64,000 bases of DNA from assembly GCA_965208675.1 (NCBI GenBank), contig OZ242351.1:3680001-3744000 (forward strand). The letters run 5' to 3'. The notes under the pieces are model-generated. The model was not told where the DNA came from. It searched no databases and worked only from the letters and a program-made list of their open reading frames with translations. This stretch comes from Candidatus Poribacteria bacterium. Lineage in GTDB: Bacteria; Poribacteria; WGA-4E; PCPOR2b. Within the stretch, counting starts at the first letter, position 1, and every line of letters begins with the position of its first letter. The translations under genes and the position numbers were made by a program. Positions 10,024 through 20,458 of the stretch are shown here, piece after piece.

Positions 10024-10477
10024 TTAGAATCCATTGCCAAATTCAGCAGAATCTTCACGTATTTAGAATATCGATAAACCTTCCGTAAACCGAAATTTTC
10101 AATTCAACACTCTACCGCAATACGCACATGGCGCGGTGGCACAAGGCCTTATGCAAGTTGGTAGAGCTCGCAAGCCATTATATTCCGCGATGCTAACGTT
10201 GTCAAGTCGTTTTTCCACGGTGCAATTCAACCTTCACGCATCATTCGGTGGGTAAGAGAAATTCATCTGCAGGAAAAGAGGGTCTTCACTGATGGACAGC
10301 ATTGCAACTGTAGATGGCGCCATTTACGTGAACGCTCTACAATCTCTGTTGATGCTGTGCTTGAGCGTTTGGCAAAGTGCGCAGGCAGGTAGGTAGGTAC
10401 AACCTCGGTATCTGTAGATTGTGTTAGAGAGTAGAAGGAATCAATGGCGGGTAATCTTGAGCCGATTTAAGCAGAAC

Positions 10478-11335
10478 TCATTTTAGCACTTGGCACTGAG
10501 GACAGTAATATGTAGATCTCTGCTTTTGTATGATACGCTCAATGGCAGATTGGCAGGCTGGGCAGGGCTTACCTTCCTTCCCATATACATAGTGTAAACC
10601 TTGGGACTGTCCCGTATCAACAGCGGTTTGATAATTGGCTACGGTAGCCCCCTGTTGTTCAAAGGCACGTTTTAAAATTGTACTGATTGACTGTCCTAAG
10701 CATTTCTTCTCTGAGCTAGAGAGCTTATTCGCATGTGTGTTTGGGTCTAGTTTCGCTAAAAACAGAATTTCTGATTTATATACATTACCTATTTCTGCAA
10801 CCAGCCGTGAAGAAATTAGAATTTCTCCTAACGGCTTTGCCTGATTTATGGGCAAACTCAAAAGCTGTTCAAACTGCTCTTGGGGGAAGTGCTCTTGTAA
10901 ACCATTGATGCCAAGGGTTTTTACGCTAGGTACTTGTTCCAATAGTTCTTGTTCAGAGCTAAATACTTGAAACCGCCCAAAATTTCGCATATCATCAAAT
11001 ATAGCTCTCATGCCGCCATCGAAATCCAAAACCACTTTCGCATAGTTTGAGGGCATCTCACTTGACAGGTCTTTTGCCGGTTTCTCAATGGTCCACGCGC
11101 CGGTCATTCCAAGGTGGGTTAGCGCGAGAAAACGCTCGAACCACCAGATTAGGAATTTTCCGCGGCGTTCGAGGCGTTCAAGGGTTTTTCCTTGAAGTAA
11201 ACCCAATTTGTCTAGTTGTATTTGGTAGCGTTGGTATTTTAAGGCTAGTGGAGTAAAAGTTACTTTTTGAAGTCGTTTTTTCTCAAGAGCCAGCAAATCG
11301 CGTCGGTTCCGCTCAACCTCAGGGCCTTCAGGCAT
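10478..11335 (-). CDS. mutM: Fpg/Nei-family DNA glycosylase/AP lyase
   Basis: N-terminal MPEGPEV, RRGK, HLGMTG, DMRNFG, H2TH IGNVYKSEILF, C4 zinc finger CPAC...RSTYYCPQCQ. Confidence 0.9.
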   Translation of the reverse strand: MPEGPEVERNRRDLLALEKKRLQKVTFTPLALKYQRYQIQLDKLGLLQGKTLERLERRGKFLIWWFERFLALTHLGMTGAWTIEKPAKDLSSEMPSNYAKVVLDFDGGMRAIFDDMRNFGRFQVFSSEQELLEQVPSVKTLGINGLQEHFPQEQFEQLLSLPINQAKPLGEILISSRLVAEIGNVYKSEILFLAKLDPNTHANKLSSSEKKCLGQSISTILKRAFEQQGATVANYQTAVDTGQSQGLHYVYGKEGKPCPACQSAIERIIQKQRSTYYCPQCQVLK

Positions 11336-11808
11336 GATTTTTATTAATTATCGGCTTTAATTGGCACTGGCACAGAAACATCTGACGGCTAGCACCGCCT
11401 CGTAGCTGCGTTTTTCATGCACGTTCGTGGTAACTGGCCAAATAGGAATTGATGTTGTCCACAGCGGCAGGTTTAATGCCGATACTGTCTGTAGCGTTTC
11501 TGTTCAAGGCGGGTTATATGCTGCACCGTTCGCGGAGATTACATTCTGTAAATGAACGTCCTGTTGGCAGCAAGACAGTGAGCGGAGTAACTGCAAAGAA
11601 AACCTGATGTTCGAGAAGAATTTTAGTTTCGCGGCAGAATCTCCACCTTAACAGAAGCCAATTAAGACGCTCTGACTTTACAGGTTATTCCCGAAGCTGA
11701 AGCGCGATTCGACCCAATCCAAAAATTTAGGCGTTCGTAAGACCGCAGTAAACCAGACTAAGTCAACCCATTAAAGGCTGTTCAATCGATACTCAGCCGA
11801 AACTGACG

Positions 11809-12153
<345 letters not shown>

Positions 12154-12190
12154 TTACTCCTTCGTCCAAAGCGATTTAGGTAAGTTTAGC

Positions 12191-12220
12191 AAGCCCCGAT
12201 TCGTTTTCCAATCGGGGCTT
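12191..12220. terminator. Stem-loop between glnA and glnB
   Basis: Perfect 11-bp stem AAGCCCCGATT/AATCGGGGCTT with an 8-nt loop. Confidence 0.6.
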
Positions 12221-12230
12221 GGGATTCTGA

Positions 12231-13646
12231 TTAAATATCGTGGTAAAGATGGAATTCGTATGGATGTGGACGTAAATTAATCGCATCGACTTCGTTTTCA
12301 TGCTTATACGCGATCCACGAATCAATCACGTCCTGAGTAAACACATCACCCTTGAGGAGATACTCGTGATCGTCTTCTAAGGCGTCAAGTGCTTCCGCCA
12401 ACGAACTTGGGGTTGAATCAATTGCAGCCATATCCTCCGGTTCAAGATCGTACAAATCTTTATCAACAGGATTTCCCGGATGAATCTTATTCTGGATACC
12501 ATCAAGACCAGCCATCAGCAAGGCACTGAAAGCGAGATAAGGGTTGCAAGATGGATCAGGTGTACGGAATTCAACGCGTTTTGCCTTTGGGCTCTTGTGA
12601 TAAATCGGAATTCGGACACATGCGCTTCGATTCCGCTGAGAATAGGCGATATTGACGGGTGCTTCAAATCCAGGCACCAGCCTTTTGTAAGAGTTTGTCG
12701 TTGGTGCAATCAGCGCACAGAGTGATTGTGCGTGTTTGAGCAGCCCACCGATATAATATAACGCCGTTTCACTCAAAAGCGCATAACCTTGCGCGTCAAA
12801 GAAAATGTTTTGATTGTCCCTCCATAAACTCTGGTGAATATGCATGCCTGAACCATTGTCTTCAAAGAGCGGCTTCGGCATAAAGGTTGCCGTTAGATTG
12901 TGTTCGCGAGCAGTGTTCTTGATGATGTATTTATACAGTGCCAGCTTATCACCCATCCGTGCCAAGGTATCGTACCGCATGTCGATTTCACCCTGTCCAC
13001 CTGTACCTACTTCGTGGTGATGAACTTCCACGTCAATTCCGCATTCAATCATCTTGAGGATAATTTCAGAACGAACATCCTGCAGCGAATCCGATGGAGG
13101 TACCGGGAAATACCCTTCTTTATAACGGGGCTTGTAACCAAGATTAGGCCCTTCATCGCGCCCTGAATTCCAGCTTCCCTCAACTGAATCGACAAAGTAA
13201 TATCCTGAGTGATGATCTTGACCATAACGGATGTCATTTAAGAGATAAAACTCCGCTTCGGGCCCCCAGAAACTAGTGTCGGCGATACCTGTAGATTGTA
13301 AATAAGCCTCCGCCTTCTGCGCCACATGCCGTACATCGCGTGAATAGCTTTCCAGCGTCACCGGATCTTTAATGTTACAGACAAGACTTAACGTATCAAT
13401 TTTACAAGCTGGGTCAATTATTGCAGTATCGGGATCTGGAAAGAGCAGCATGTCGCTTTCGTGAATCTGTTGAAAACCGCGAATGCTTGAACCGTCAAAG
13501 CCGACGCCCTCTTCAAACAAATCTTCGGTTAATTCTGAGATTGGCATCGAAAAGTGCTGCCACATACCCGGCAAATCCATGAATTTGAAATCAACAATCT
13601 TAAGGTCATTTTCTCTTGCAAAAGCAATCACTTCACTCGTTGTCAT
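12231..13646 (-). CDS. glnA: Glutamine synthetase type I (GSI-beta)
   Basis: FDGSSI, HHHEV, TFMPKP...NGSGMH, NSYKRLVPG, NRSACVRIP, adenylylation loop DKDLYDL; GGAGG RBS. Confidence 0.98.
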   Translation of the reverse strand: MTTSEVIAFARENDLKIVDFKFMDLPGMWQHFSMPISELTEDLFEEGVGFDGSSIRGFQQIHESDMLLFPDPDTAIIDPACKIDTLSLVCNIKDPVTLESYSRDVRHVAQKAEAYLQSTGIADTSFWGPEAEFYLLNDIRYGQDHHSGYYFVDSVEGSWNSGRDEGPNLGYKPRYKEGYFPVPPSDSLQDVRSEIILKMIECGIDVEVHHHEVGTGGQGEIDMRYDTLARMGDKLALYKYIIKNTAREHNLTATFMPKPLFEDNGSGMHIHQSLWRDNQNIFFDAQGYALLSETALYYIGGLLKHAQSLCALIAPTTNSYKRLVPGFEAPVNIAYSQRNRSACVRIPIYHKSPKAKRVEFRTPDPSCNPYLAFSALLMAGLDGIQNKIHPGNPVDKDLYDLEPEDMAAIDSTPSSLAEALDALEDDHEYLLKGDVFTQDVIDSWIAYKHENEVDAINLRPHPYEFHLYHDI

Positions 13647-13895
13647 CAAAAATCCTCCAAAAATGATTCAGAAATAGTAACAAAAACCAGTTCTTGATTG
13701 AGACTGTCCGACGTTGATGAAGCCGAATCAATCGGAGCAAATCAAAATGGGGTTCTCAGACGAACATCTTTTATGACGCTGCGTTGAGCGGCAATGCCTA
13801 CCAATTTAGAGATTTTGCAAACTTGCACTTCACTAAATTCAGGAAACGTTTACGCAATTATTCTAACAGAAACTGCGGCAAATACGCAAAGTATG

Positions 13896-13912
13896 AGCAA
13901 GTGTTATGCCAA
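13896..13912 (-). promoter_or_regulatory. Sigma54 (-24/-12) promoter of glnA-glnB
   Basis: Minus strand reads TTGGCATAACACTTGCT, matching TGGCA-N6-TTGC, about 250 nt upstream of glnA. Confidence 0.85.
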
Positions 13913-14065
13913 CTTTCAGACCGTGCCGAGTTACATGACGAAATCTACAATCGAACAACTAATGTGTTTGACTCAATACTTCACGAATCGCTGAAACCGT
14001 GTACACCAAAGCATATCCATGCGATGCCACAATGCACTCAGGCAATATATTTAAACAATTAATGA

Positions 14066-14103
14066 TGCTGAATAATTGAGCACTGCTGCTAAAGGTTTCA
14101 GCA
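14066..14103. promoter_or_regulatory. Tandem 17-bp palindromic enhancer-like sites (NtrC-type geometry)
   Basis: TGCTGAATAATTGAGCA (14066-14082) and TGCTAAAGGTTTCAGCA (14087-14103), offset by 21 bp, 150-190 bp upstream of the sigma54 promoter. Confidence 0.65.
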
Positions 14104-14129
14104 TTTTGAGCCGTTGCTGTAGTCGGCTG

Positions 14130-14705
14130 CTAACTAGTCAAATCTTCACCAAAACGGCTTGCTACCGGTTCAATCTGTCCTGCATATTTGTTCCCCGGTT
14201 TCTGGCGATATGGCACTTTTGCAGGGGAAGATAACATTTCAAACGTAAACGCGCAAATCCTCATGCCAGGATAGAGTTTGACAGGCATGCGTCCAAGATT
14301 ACCAAGTTCTAAGGTTGCTGTGCCGACCCAACCCGGATCAAAAAGTCCTGCGGTGCTGTGAACAATAATGCCGATTCGACCAATGCTGCTTCTCCCTTCC
14401 AGCCGCGCCATCACGTCGTCCGCCAGTTCAAGGGTTTCGAGCGTCGCAGCAAGGACAAATTCATCCGGCTGTACGGTAAATGCGTCTCCGTCAGGCACCT
14501 CAACTTTGTGCATCAATCCATTAATGTCAATCCCAGATTGGAAATCAATATATGGATATTTGCTATGTTCAAATACACGAAATGTATTTCCCAACCTAAA
14601 ATCAACAGAACACGAACCCAAGTGTTTCGTGAGGTCCGGAGCAGGCGTAATTTTGATTTTCCCTTTCTCCAAATATCTTAAGATATCCTGATCCGATAGA
14701 ACCAT
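14130..14705 (-). CDS. dcd: dCTP deaminase
   Basis: MVLSDQDI, SVDFRLG, EGRSSIGRIG, HSTAGLFDPGWVG, TLEL, KYAGQ. Confidence 0.95.
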   Translation of the reverse strand: MVLSDQDILRYLEKGKIKITPAPDLTKHLGSCSVDFRLGNTFRVFEHSKYPYIDFQSGIDINGLMHKVEVPDGDAFTVQPDEFVLAATLETLELADDVMARLEGRSSIGRIGIIVHSTAGLFDPGWVGTATLELGNLGRMPVKLYPGMRICAFTFEMLSSPAKVPYRQKPGNKYAGQIEPVASRFGEDLTS

Positions 14706-15273
14706 TAGCGTTCCTCTGTATCAGCCGGTGTATCAACTGCGTGTCGGTTATCCAAAAAAACTCGGTGGTCTCATTTAGAAATTTTACGCGCTTTATCTCC
14801 TGTCTAAATGAACATTGAGCATTAAACCGGATTTACGGCACGATAAGACTCAATTGCAACGCGGATTTCGAAGATTGTAAGCATGCTTTCACTCGGAAAG
14901 CTGATTTGGATGAGAAACATATTCCCATCATTTTCATCATTATATCAAATTTTAAAGCAAGTGTCACGTTTTTTTAATCGAAAGAGAAAACTCCAACCGT
15001 AATCATCTATAGGTATGAAGTCGAGGTGAATATGTATTGAATAAAGATGAAAGGATGGAATAGAAAGAAAGGAGTTCTTTCACCCCTGCCGAAGGCCGCG
15101 CTCGATTGGCGTTTAGGATAGTATGAAACTGTGCTTCACCAATTATTCACCACGTTTCCAAGGATCTGCTACCATTTCACTGTACTTTATATCGAAGCTG
15201 TGATAAACTTTTTTCATATTTCAGATCATTTAGATTAGTCGCGACAATCTCTGAATTATTCAGGAGGCAAATT

Positions 15274-16167
15274 ATGGCACATTCAGATTACAAGATTGGC
15301 GTTGTTGGTACGGGTCGGATGGGGGGTAACATAGCACGCCATTTGCACGATGAAGGGTTTTCAATTGTTGCGGTGTTCGATGTTATAGAAGCAGCAGCTA
15401 GGGTGCTCGCCGAGGAGATAGGTGCGGAGGCGGCTGATCGCCCGGCGCGAGTGACAGAACTCGCTGATTATATTATTACGGTTGTAACCGATGATGATGC
15501 TATGCGGCAAATATTCTCGGAGTCAGATGAAGATAGCTTGCTCAATAGTGCAAAAGGCAAGCTATTTCTCAATTGCGCAACAATTTCACCGCAAGTTCAT
15601 GTCGATGTTGAGAAACTCGCCGAAAAACGTGGTGCCCAGAGTTTGGAAGGCTGCATGGCAAGCAGTATCACGCAAGCACGTGAAGGAACGCTCTACCTGA
15701 TGTGCGGCGGCAAAAGAGACGCCTTTGACAGAGCGAAACCGATTCTCGATTCGATGAGTGTAGCGCTCCGCTATGTCGGCGATGCTGGCCGAGCTGCGCA
15801 GGTAAAAGCCTTAGTCAATATGGTGATGAACATTAACACTGCCGCGCTTGCTGAAGGACTCGGACTTGGCGCCGCGCTCGGTCTCGACTTGACTATGCTC
15901 CAAGAAGTCTTTGCTCAGACCGGTGCCAATTCGCGCGTACTGGAGACAGATGGCGAAGATATGGAAAATCGAGATCACGAATGCTATTTCTCAGCGGCGC
16001 ATGCCGCAAAGGATTCAGGGATTGCCCTTGAGCTTGCCAAAGCTGCTGGCTTAAATCTACCGCTCGCCGAAGCTACCAAGAAACAATATGATAGGATGAT
16101 TGAAATCGGTAAAGGAGAGTTAGATAAATCGGGCGTCGCCGAACTCACATTTCCCGGAAGGGGATAG
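15274..16167 (+). CDS. NAD(P)-dependent oxidoreductase, 3-hydroxyisobutyrate dehydrogenase family
   Basis: IGVVGTGRMG Rossmann motif, AREGTL, catalytic K in VKALVN, KDSGIA. Confidence 0.9.
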   Translation: MAHSDYKIGVVGTGRMGGNIARHLHDEGFSIVAVFDVIEAAARVLAEEIGAEAADRPARVTELADYIITVVTDDDAMRQIFSESDEDSLLNSAKGKLFLNCATISPQVHVDVEKLAEKRGAQSLEGCMASSITQAREGTLYLMCGGKRDAFDRAKPILDSMSVALRYVGDAGRAAQVKALVNMVMNINTAALAEGLGLGAALGLDLTMLQEVFAQTGANSRVLETDGEDMENRDHECYFSAAHAAKDSGIALELAKAAGLNLPLAEATKKQYDRMIEIGKGELDKSGVAELTFPGRG

Positions 16168-17004
16168 GTAGAAAAAATATCATCAATTCGATGGCAGGGC
16201 GGCACACACCATTTTGCTCTCATATTTACTTCCATTTGATGACCGAATGAAGCCGCAAATTTTAGGTTCATCTAAATCTCCGACCATACTGAATTCTCGC
16301 AGTAGCAAGAGACCGTCCAATTGATTCTCGCAGAGACCGCCGAATTTAAGTATTTTTGACCTGATCAATTCGGTTATTTGAAACGTTCATCTCGACACAC
16401 GATTTCCTTCATTTCAGTTACACGCCAAGCTGTTCTCAATTCGGGCTGAGAACTGTCCAAGAAATGATTTGCCCTTAAATTTTTGGACTACATCTTATCG
16501 GCATTAAGACCGTACCTTTAATTTTGACTTGCTAGTTGTTGAGATTACCGTATTGTCGGTTTAGTGTCAAAGCGCAATCATACCTGCTCCATTTCCCGAC
16601 GGATTTTTGCATTACACTTGGATTTGGAACGGAGTTTGAAACCGTTCCGAGACAGACCTTGCACATCGCCAAAAAGGTAATGATGAACACTCTACCTCTC
16701 CTTTCCGCCCATTCTCACTGTTGCTTAACCGAGAGACGGGGTAACTCAATGCTTTTTTTGAAATAGATGGGGCCTGCCCCAATTTGCCGCCGAGATGCTT
16801 CCGCTCAGCGACGTGTACGTTGGATGCACTGTGGGGATATTTTTTCCAAGGGAAAAGAGAGTTATGGCGATATCACATTCATCGATGTGACGGCGGCTTC
16901 TTTCATGTTTCTTAGGATGTTTCTAGTATTGATTGATATAGGGATTTGTGTTAAAATGGCGGTCTGCAAAGAAGTGAAGCGTATATATCTTGAGAAGGAA
17001 TAAC

Positions 17005-18369
17005 ATGGCACCGAGGAAGAAACTGTTAAAATTGGGAGGCGGCTCGGCCTGTCCGGGAGAAAGGATTGAGCCAGCGGTAGAACTAGTCGAAAAGGGCGGG
17101 ATTGACTACATTGTGTTTGATTCCCTTTCTGAAAGTGAGATGCTAGCTTTTGAAAGACACAAATTGAGCCACCCTGATGAGGGATTCGATATTTATACGG
17201 AGAGACGGCTCAGGGCAATCTGGCCCATTTGCGCCCGCAAAGGAATAAAAATTATAGGCAACATGGGAGCCGCAAATCCCAAAGCGGCGCAGGATTTAGC
17301 GATTAGGGTGGCACGAGAATTAGGGCTTGGCGGTGTGAAGGTTGCTGTGGTATTAGGTGATGATGTTCTTTCGCTCGTCAAAGAACTCGATCTGAAGGTT
17401 AACGAGACTGAAAAGAGGGTCAGTGAATTCGGCGACAGACTCATTGCGGCGCATGCCTACATACCCGCGGACCCTGTCGTGGAGGCTCTTGAAGCCGGGG
17501 CAGATCTCGTTATGACGGGAAGGGTCGGCGATGCTTCATTGTATCTAGCGCCGATGATTTTTGAATTTGGCTGGCGTGAGGATGAGTGGGATTCATTCGC
17601 CAAGGGCATTATACTAGGGCACCTGTTTGAGTGCGCTGGACAGTTGACCGGCGGATATTTTGCAGATCCGCCATACAAGGTTGTTCCCAATCTTTATCGC
17701 TTGGGTTTCCCCATCGCGGAGGTCGCCCCAAATGGCGATGCCATTATAACGAAGGTTCCGGGGAGTGGCGGACTGGTGAGTCCGGCTACTTGCGCGGAGC
17801 AGATGTTATACGAGGTCGGTGATCCGGCCAGATACATTGAGGCGGATGTAATCTCGGATTTCAGTGATATGGGTTTTGAACAGATTGGTCCCGATAGAGT
17901 TGCAATCACCGGTGTTATCAAGGGAACCCCCAAACCCGAATTGCTGAAGGTCAACTTAGGCGTCAAAGACGGGTATAGAGCGGAAGGTACAATTTTCTAC
18001 GCGGGCCCCGGTGCCTATGAAAGGGCTAAACTAGCTGCGGATATCATCAAAAAGCGGTTGGAGTTGATTTCGCATCTGAAGGCGGATGCGTTACGGTTCG
18101 ACCTGTTGGGAATCAATTCACTGTATGGCTCCTCCAATGAAAAACCAGAAAGTGTTCCGTGGGAAGTGGGGCTTCGCGTTGCAGGTAGAACTCGAGAAAG
18201 CGCTGAAGCTTGGAAGATAATGCATGAGCTAGAGACAATCGACAACAACGGTCCAGCTGCGATTGGCCGCGGCTTAAGGAAAGAGGACGTTACTGAGATT
18301 CTTGGTTACTATTCAACGTTCATACCGCGGGTTAAGGTTAAGACTAAAGTCTTGATTGAGGAGGCATAG
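17005..18369 (+). CDS. Acyclic terpene utilization AtuA-family protein (DUF1446, large part)
   Basis: DYIVFDSLSE, NMGAANP, TGRVGDASL, GHLFECAGQLTGGYFADP, EQMLYEVGDPARY, NNGPA. Confidence 0.9.
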   Translation: MAPRKKLLKLGGGSACPGERIEPAVELVEKGGIDYIVFDSLSESEMLAFERHKLSHPDEGFDIYTERRLRAIWPICARKGIKIIGNMGAANPKAAQDLAIRVARELGLGGVKVAVVLGDDVLSLVKELDLKVNETEKRVSEFGDRLIAAHAYIPADPVVEALEAGADLVMTGRVGDASLYLAPMIFEFGWREDEWDSFAKGIILGHLFECAGQLTGGYFADPPYKVVPNLYRLGFPIAEVAPNGDAIITKVPGSGGLVSPATCAEQMLYEVGDPARYIEADVISDFSDMGFEQIGPDRVAITGVIKGTPKPELLKVNLGVKDGYRAEGTIFYAGPGAYERAKLAADIIKKRLELISHLKADALRFDLLGINSLYGSSNEKPESVPWEVGLRVAGRTRESAEAWKIMHELETIDNNGPAAIGRGLRKEDVTEILGYYSTFIPRVKVKTKVLIEEA

Positions 18370-18372
18370 CTC

Positions 18373-18693
18373 ATGGGGAAGGTCCAGCTGAGAGAAATCT
18401 GTCACGCAAGGTCCGGGGATAAGGGGAATACCGCGAACATCGGTCTGATTGTATATGATAAACAACACTATGAATTGATTAAAAGAGAAGTAACCACAGA
18501 ACGGGTCAAGGTGTTTTTCCAAGGAACCGTGAAGGGCGAAGTGGAGAGATACGAACTGCCTCGGATGGGCGCACTCAACTTTGTGCTGCACCAGGCGTTG
18601 GATGGTGGATCCACCCGAACTCTCTCGTTCGATGTTTGTGGAAAAGCGCTGAGTTCCGTGCTTTTAAGTCTTATAATTGAAACTTCGGATTAA
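18373..18693 (+). CDS. AtuA-related small protein (AtuA C-terminal domain)
   Basis: HARSGDKGN...VERYELP..GALNFVL..ALDGG...DxxGK; GAGGAGG RBS. Confidence 0.9.
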   Translation: MGKVQLREICHARSGDKGNTANIGLIVYDKQHYELIKREVTTERVKVFFQGTVKGEVERYELPRMGALNFVLHQALDGGSTRTLSFDVCGKALSSVLLSLIIETSD

Positions 18694-18741
18694 CCCGCAT
18701 TAAATGGAATCACCAAGCTTTATGCTATGGGAGGTACAGCA

Positions 18742-19818
18742 ATGAAATTGGGTATGTTCATGATGCCCTTACATCCACCGGAAAAAGACCGAACTGAATG
18801 TTTTGAGGAAGATATCGAACTGGTAGTTCATGCCGACGAGCTCGGATTCACCGATGTCTGGGTTGGTCAGCACCACTCGGCTGCTTGGGAACCCATACCT
18901 GCCAACGACATGTTCATTGCCCACATGCTACCGCTCACTAAGAACATCCGTTTTGGTCCGGGCGTGGTAATTGTACCCCACCATCATCCAGTCAATGTAG
19001 CAGTTCGTATTGCATACCTAGATCACTTAGCGCGCGGTCGTTTGAATTGCGGCTTTGGTCAAAGTGGCGTGCCGACCGATTGGGAATTGTTCGATTTGCC
19101 GGATCCAAGGACGCAGGGTCTGATGACGCTTGAGGGAATTGATATGGTCCTCAAATTATGGCAAGCGGAGGCGCCGTTCGATTTCAAGGGGGAATTCTGG
19201 CGCATCCGAATCGAAAACCCAAATCCTGAAGTTGCCCTAGGGTCAATGCTTAAACCGTATCAGAAGCCCCACCCGCCAATCGCGATGAGCGTAGTTAAGG
19301 GAACGTCGATGGGAGCCCGAACGGCGGGTGAGCGCGGTTATATCCCGGTGAGCACAAATGTCGTACCGGCGGCTACGGTTGCCCAGCATTGGCAAACCTA
19401 CTGCGCTGGCGCTGAAGGCGCCGGCCAACCGGCCCCTGACCGATCCATTTGGGGTGTATCACGCAGCATTTTCGTGGGGGAATCCAAAAAGGAAGCTTGG
19501 GACTTCGCGGTGAACAGCACATTCGGCCGTTCATGGGACTACATGATTAAGATTGTCAGGGCGGCGAACCTGTTGGACATTATGAAAATGCATCCAGACA
19601 TGCCCGATGATGAGGTCACACCGGAATACGTCCTAAAGAACATTTGTATTATCGGTGATGTAGCGGAATGCGTTCGGCAGTTGGAAGATTTATGGGATGT
19701 GACCGGCGGTTTTGGTACACTGCTGATGATTGCCCACGACTGGGACGACAAAGCGAGATGGATGCAATCCATGAAGTTGCTGGCGGATGAGGTCGTACCC
19801 GCATTACCATCGGTCTAA
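18742..19818 (+). CDS. Luciferase-like (LLM) flavin-dependent monooxygenase
   Basis: MKLGMFMMPLHP, ADELGF..VWVGQHH, HHPVNVA, LDHLARGR, PYQKPHPPI. Confidence 0.9.
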   Translation: MKLGMFMMPLHPPEKDRTECFEEDIELVVHADELGFTDVWVGQHHSAAWEPIPANDMFIAHMLPLTKNIRFGPGVVIVPHHHPVNVAVRIAYLDHLARGRLNCGFGQSGVPTDWELFDLPDPRTQGLMTLEGIDMVLKLWQAEAPFDFKGEFWRIRIENPNPEVALGSMLKPYQKPHPPIAMSVVKGTSMGARTAGERGYIPVSTNVVPAATVAQHWQTYCAGAEGAGQPAPDRSIWGVSRSIFVGESKKEAWDFAVNSTFGRSWDYMIKIVRAANLLDIMKMHPDMPDDEVTPEYVLKNICIIGDVAECVRQLEDLWDVTGGFGTLLMIAHDWDDKARWMQSMKLLADEVVPALPSV

Positions 19819-19960
19819 ATCCATTTTATTGCTGTTTGCGTCGTTTGAGAAGCCTCACCGCGAATCTCCGAATGGCACTTCAGAAGCATTGAAGACGACA
19901 TGTAAACTTTAAGGTTTCAATCCTAAATTACCATAAATCCTGGCGAAGGAGGTGTTTGGC

Positions 19961-20458
19961 ATGGCGTTTGACTCGAAGTTGCAGCGGCAAATCATGGGCT
20001 GCTTTGCAACGGGCGTCACGGTGGTGACAACGAGATGCGGCGACCACATCACCGGTATGACAGCAAACGCCATCATGTCTTTGTCGTTGGAACCGCCGCG
20101 CATCGTCGTTTCCGTTGACAAGTTGAGTCACATGCATGAATCGCTTTTGCAGGGCAAATGCTTCGCGATCAATGTGCTGCGGGCAGATCAGGAGGCTACT
20201 TCTCGCCAGTTTGCAATGCCAGGACCGAAAGACTTTTCCGGATTGCCGCTAACGGTGGCGGAGACCGGGGCACCAGTTTTGGTTGAAGCACTCGCGTTTG
20301 TGGATTGCCGGCTCGTCGAGATTCTATCGGGCGGCGATCACGATATGTTCCTCGGTGAACCCGTTGTCGGTGAGGCGCGTGATGGCGAGCCGCTTATATT
20401 TTACGGCGGAGGTTACACGCAGCTAGCGCTATCAAGCGGGCAAGAGGGGAATCCATGA
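19961..20458 (+). CDS. Flavin reductase-like protein
   Basis: FATGVTVVT, GMTANA, SLSLEPP, GGDH, PLIFYGG. Confidence 0.92.
   Translation: MAFDSKLQRQIMGCFATGVTVVTTRCGDHITGMTANAIMSLSLEPPRIVVSVDKLSHMHESLLQGKCFAINVLRADQEATSRQFAMPGPKDFSGLPLTVAETGAPVLVEALAFVDCRLVEILSGGDHDMFLGEPVVGEARDGEPLIFYGGGYTQLALSSGQEGNP

Noticed and set aside
13784-14062. Short + strand ORFs between glnA and dcd
   Set aside because: They overlap the sigma54 promoter region and have no RBS or recognisable motif.
18367-18375. In-frame TAG-CTC-ATG between the large and small AtuA genes, suggesting a readthrough fusion
   Set aside because: The small gene has its own GAGGAGG RBS, split AtuA pairs are common, and a stand-alone paralogue exists at 48719.
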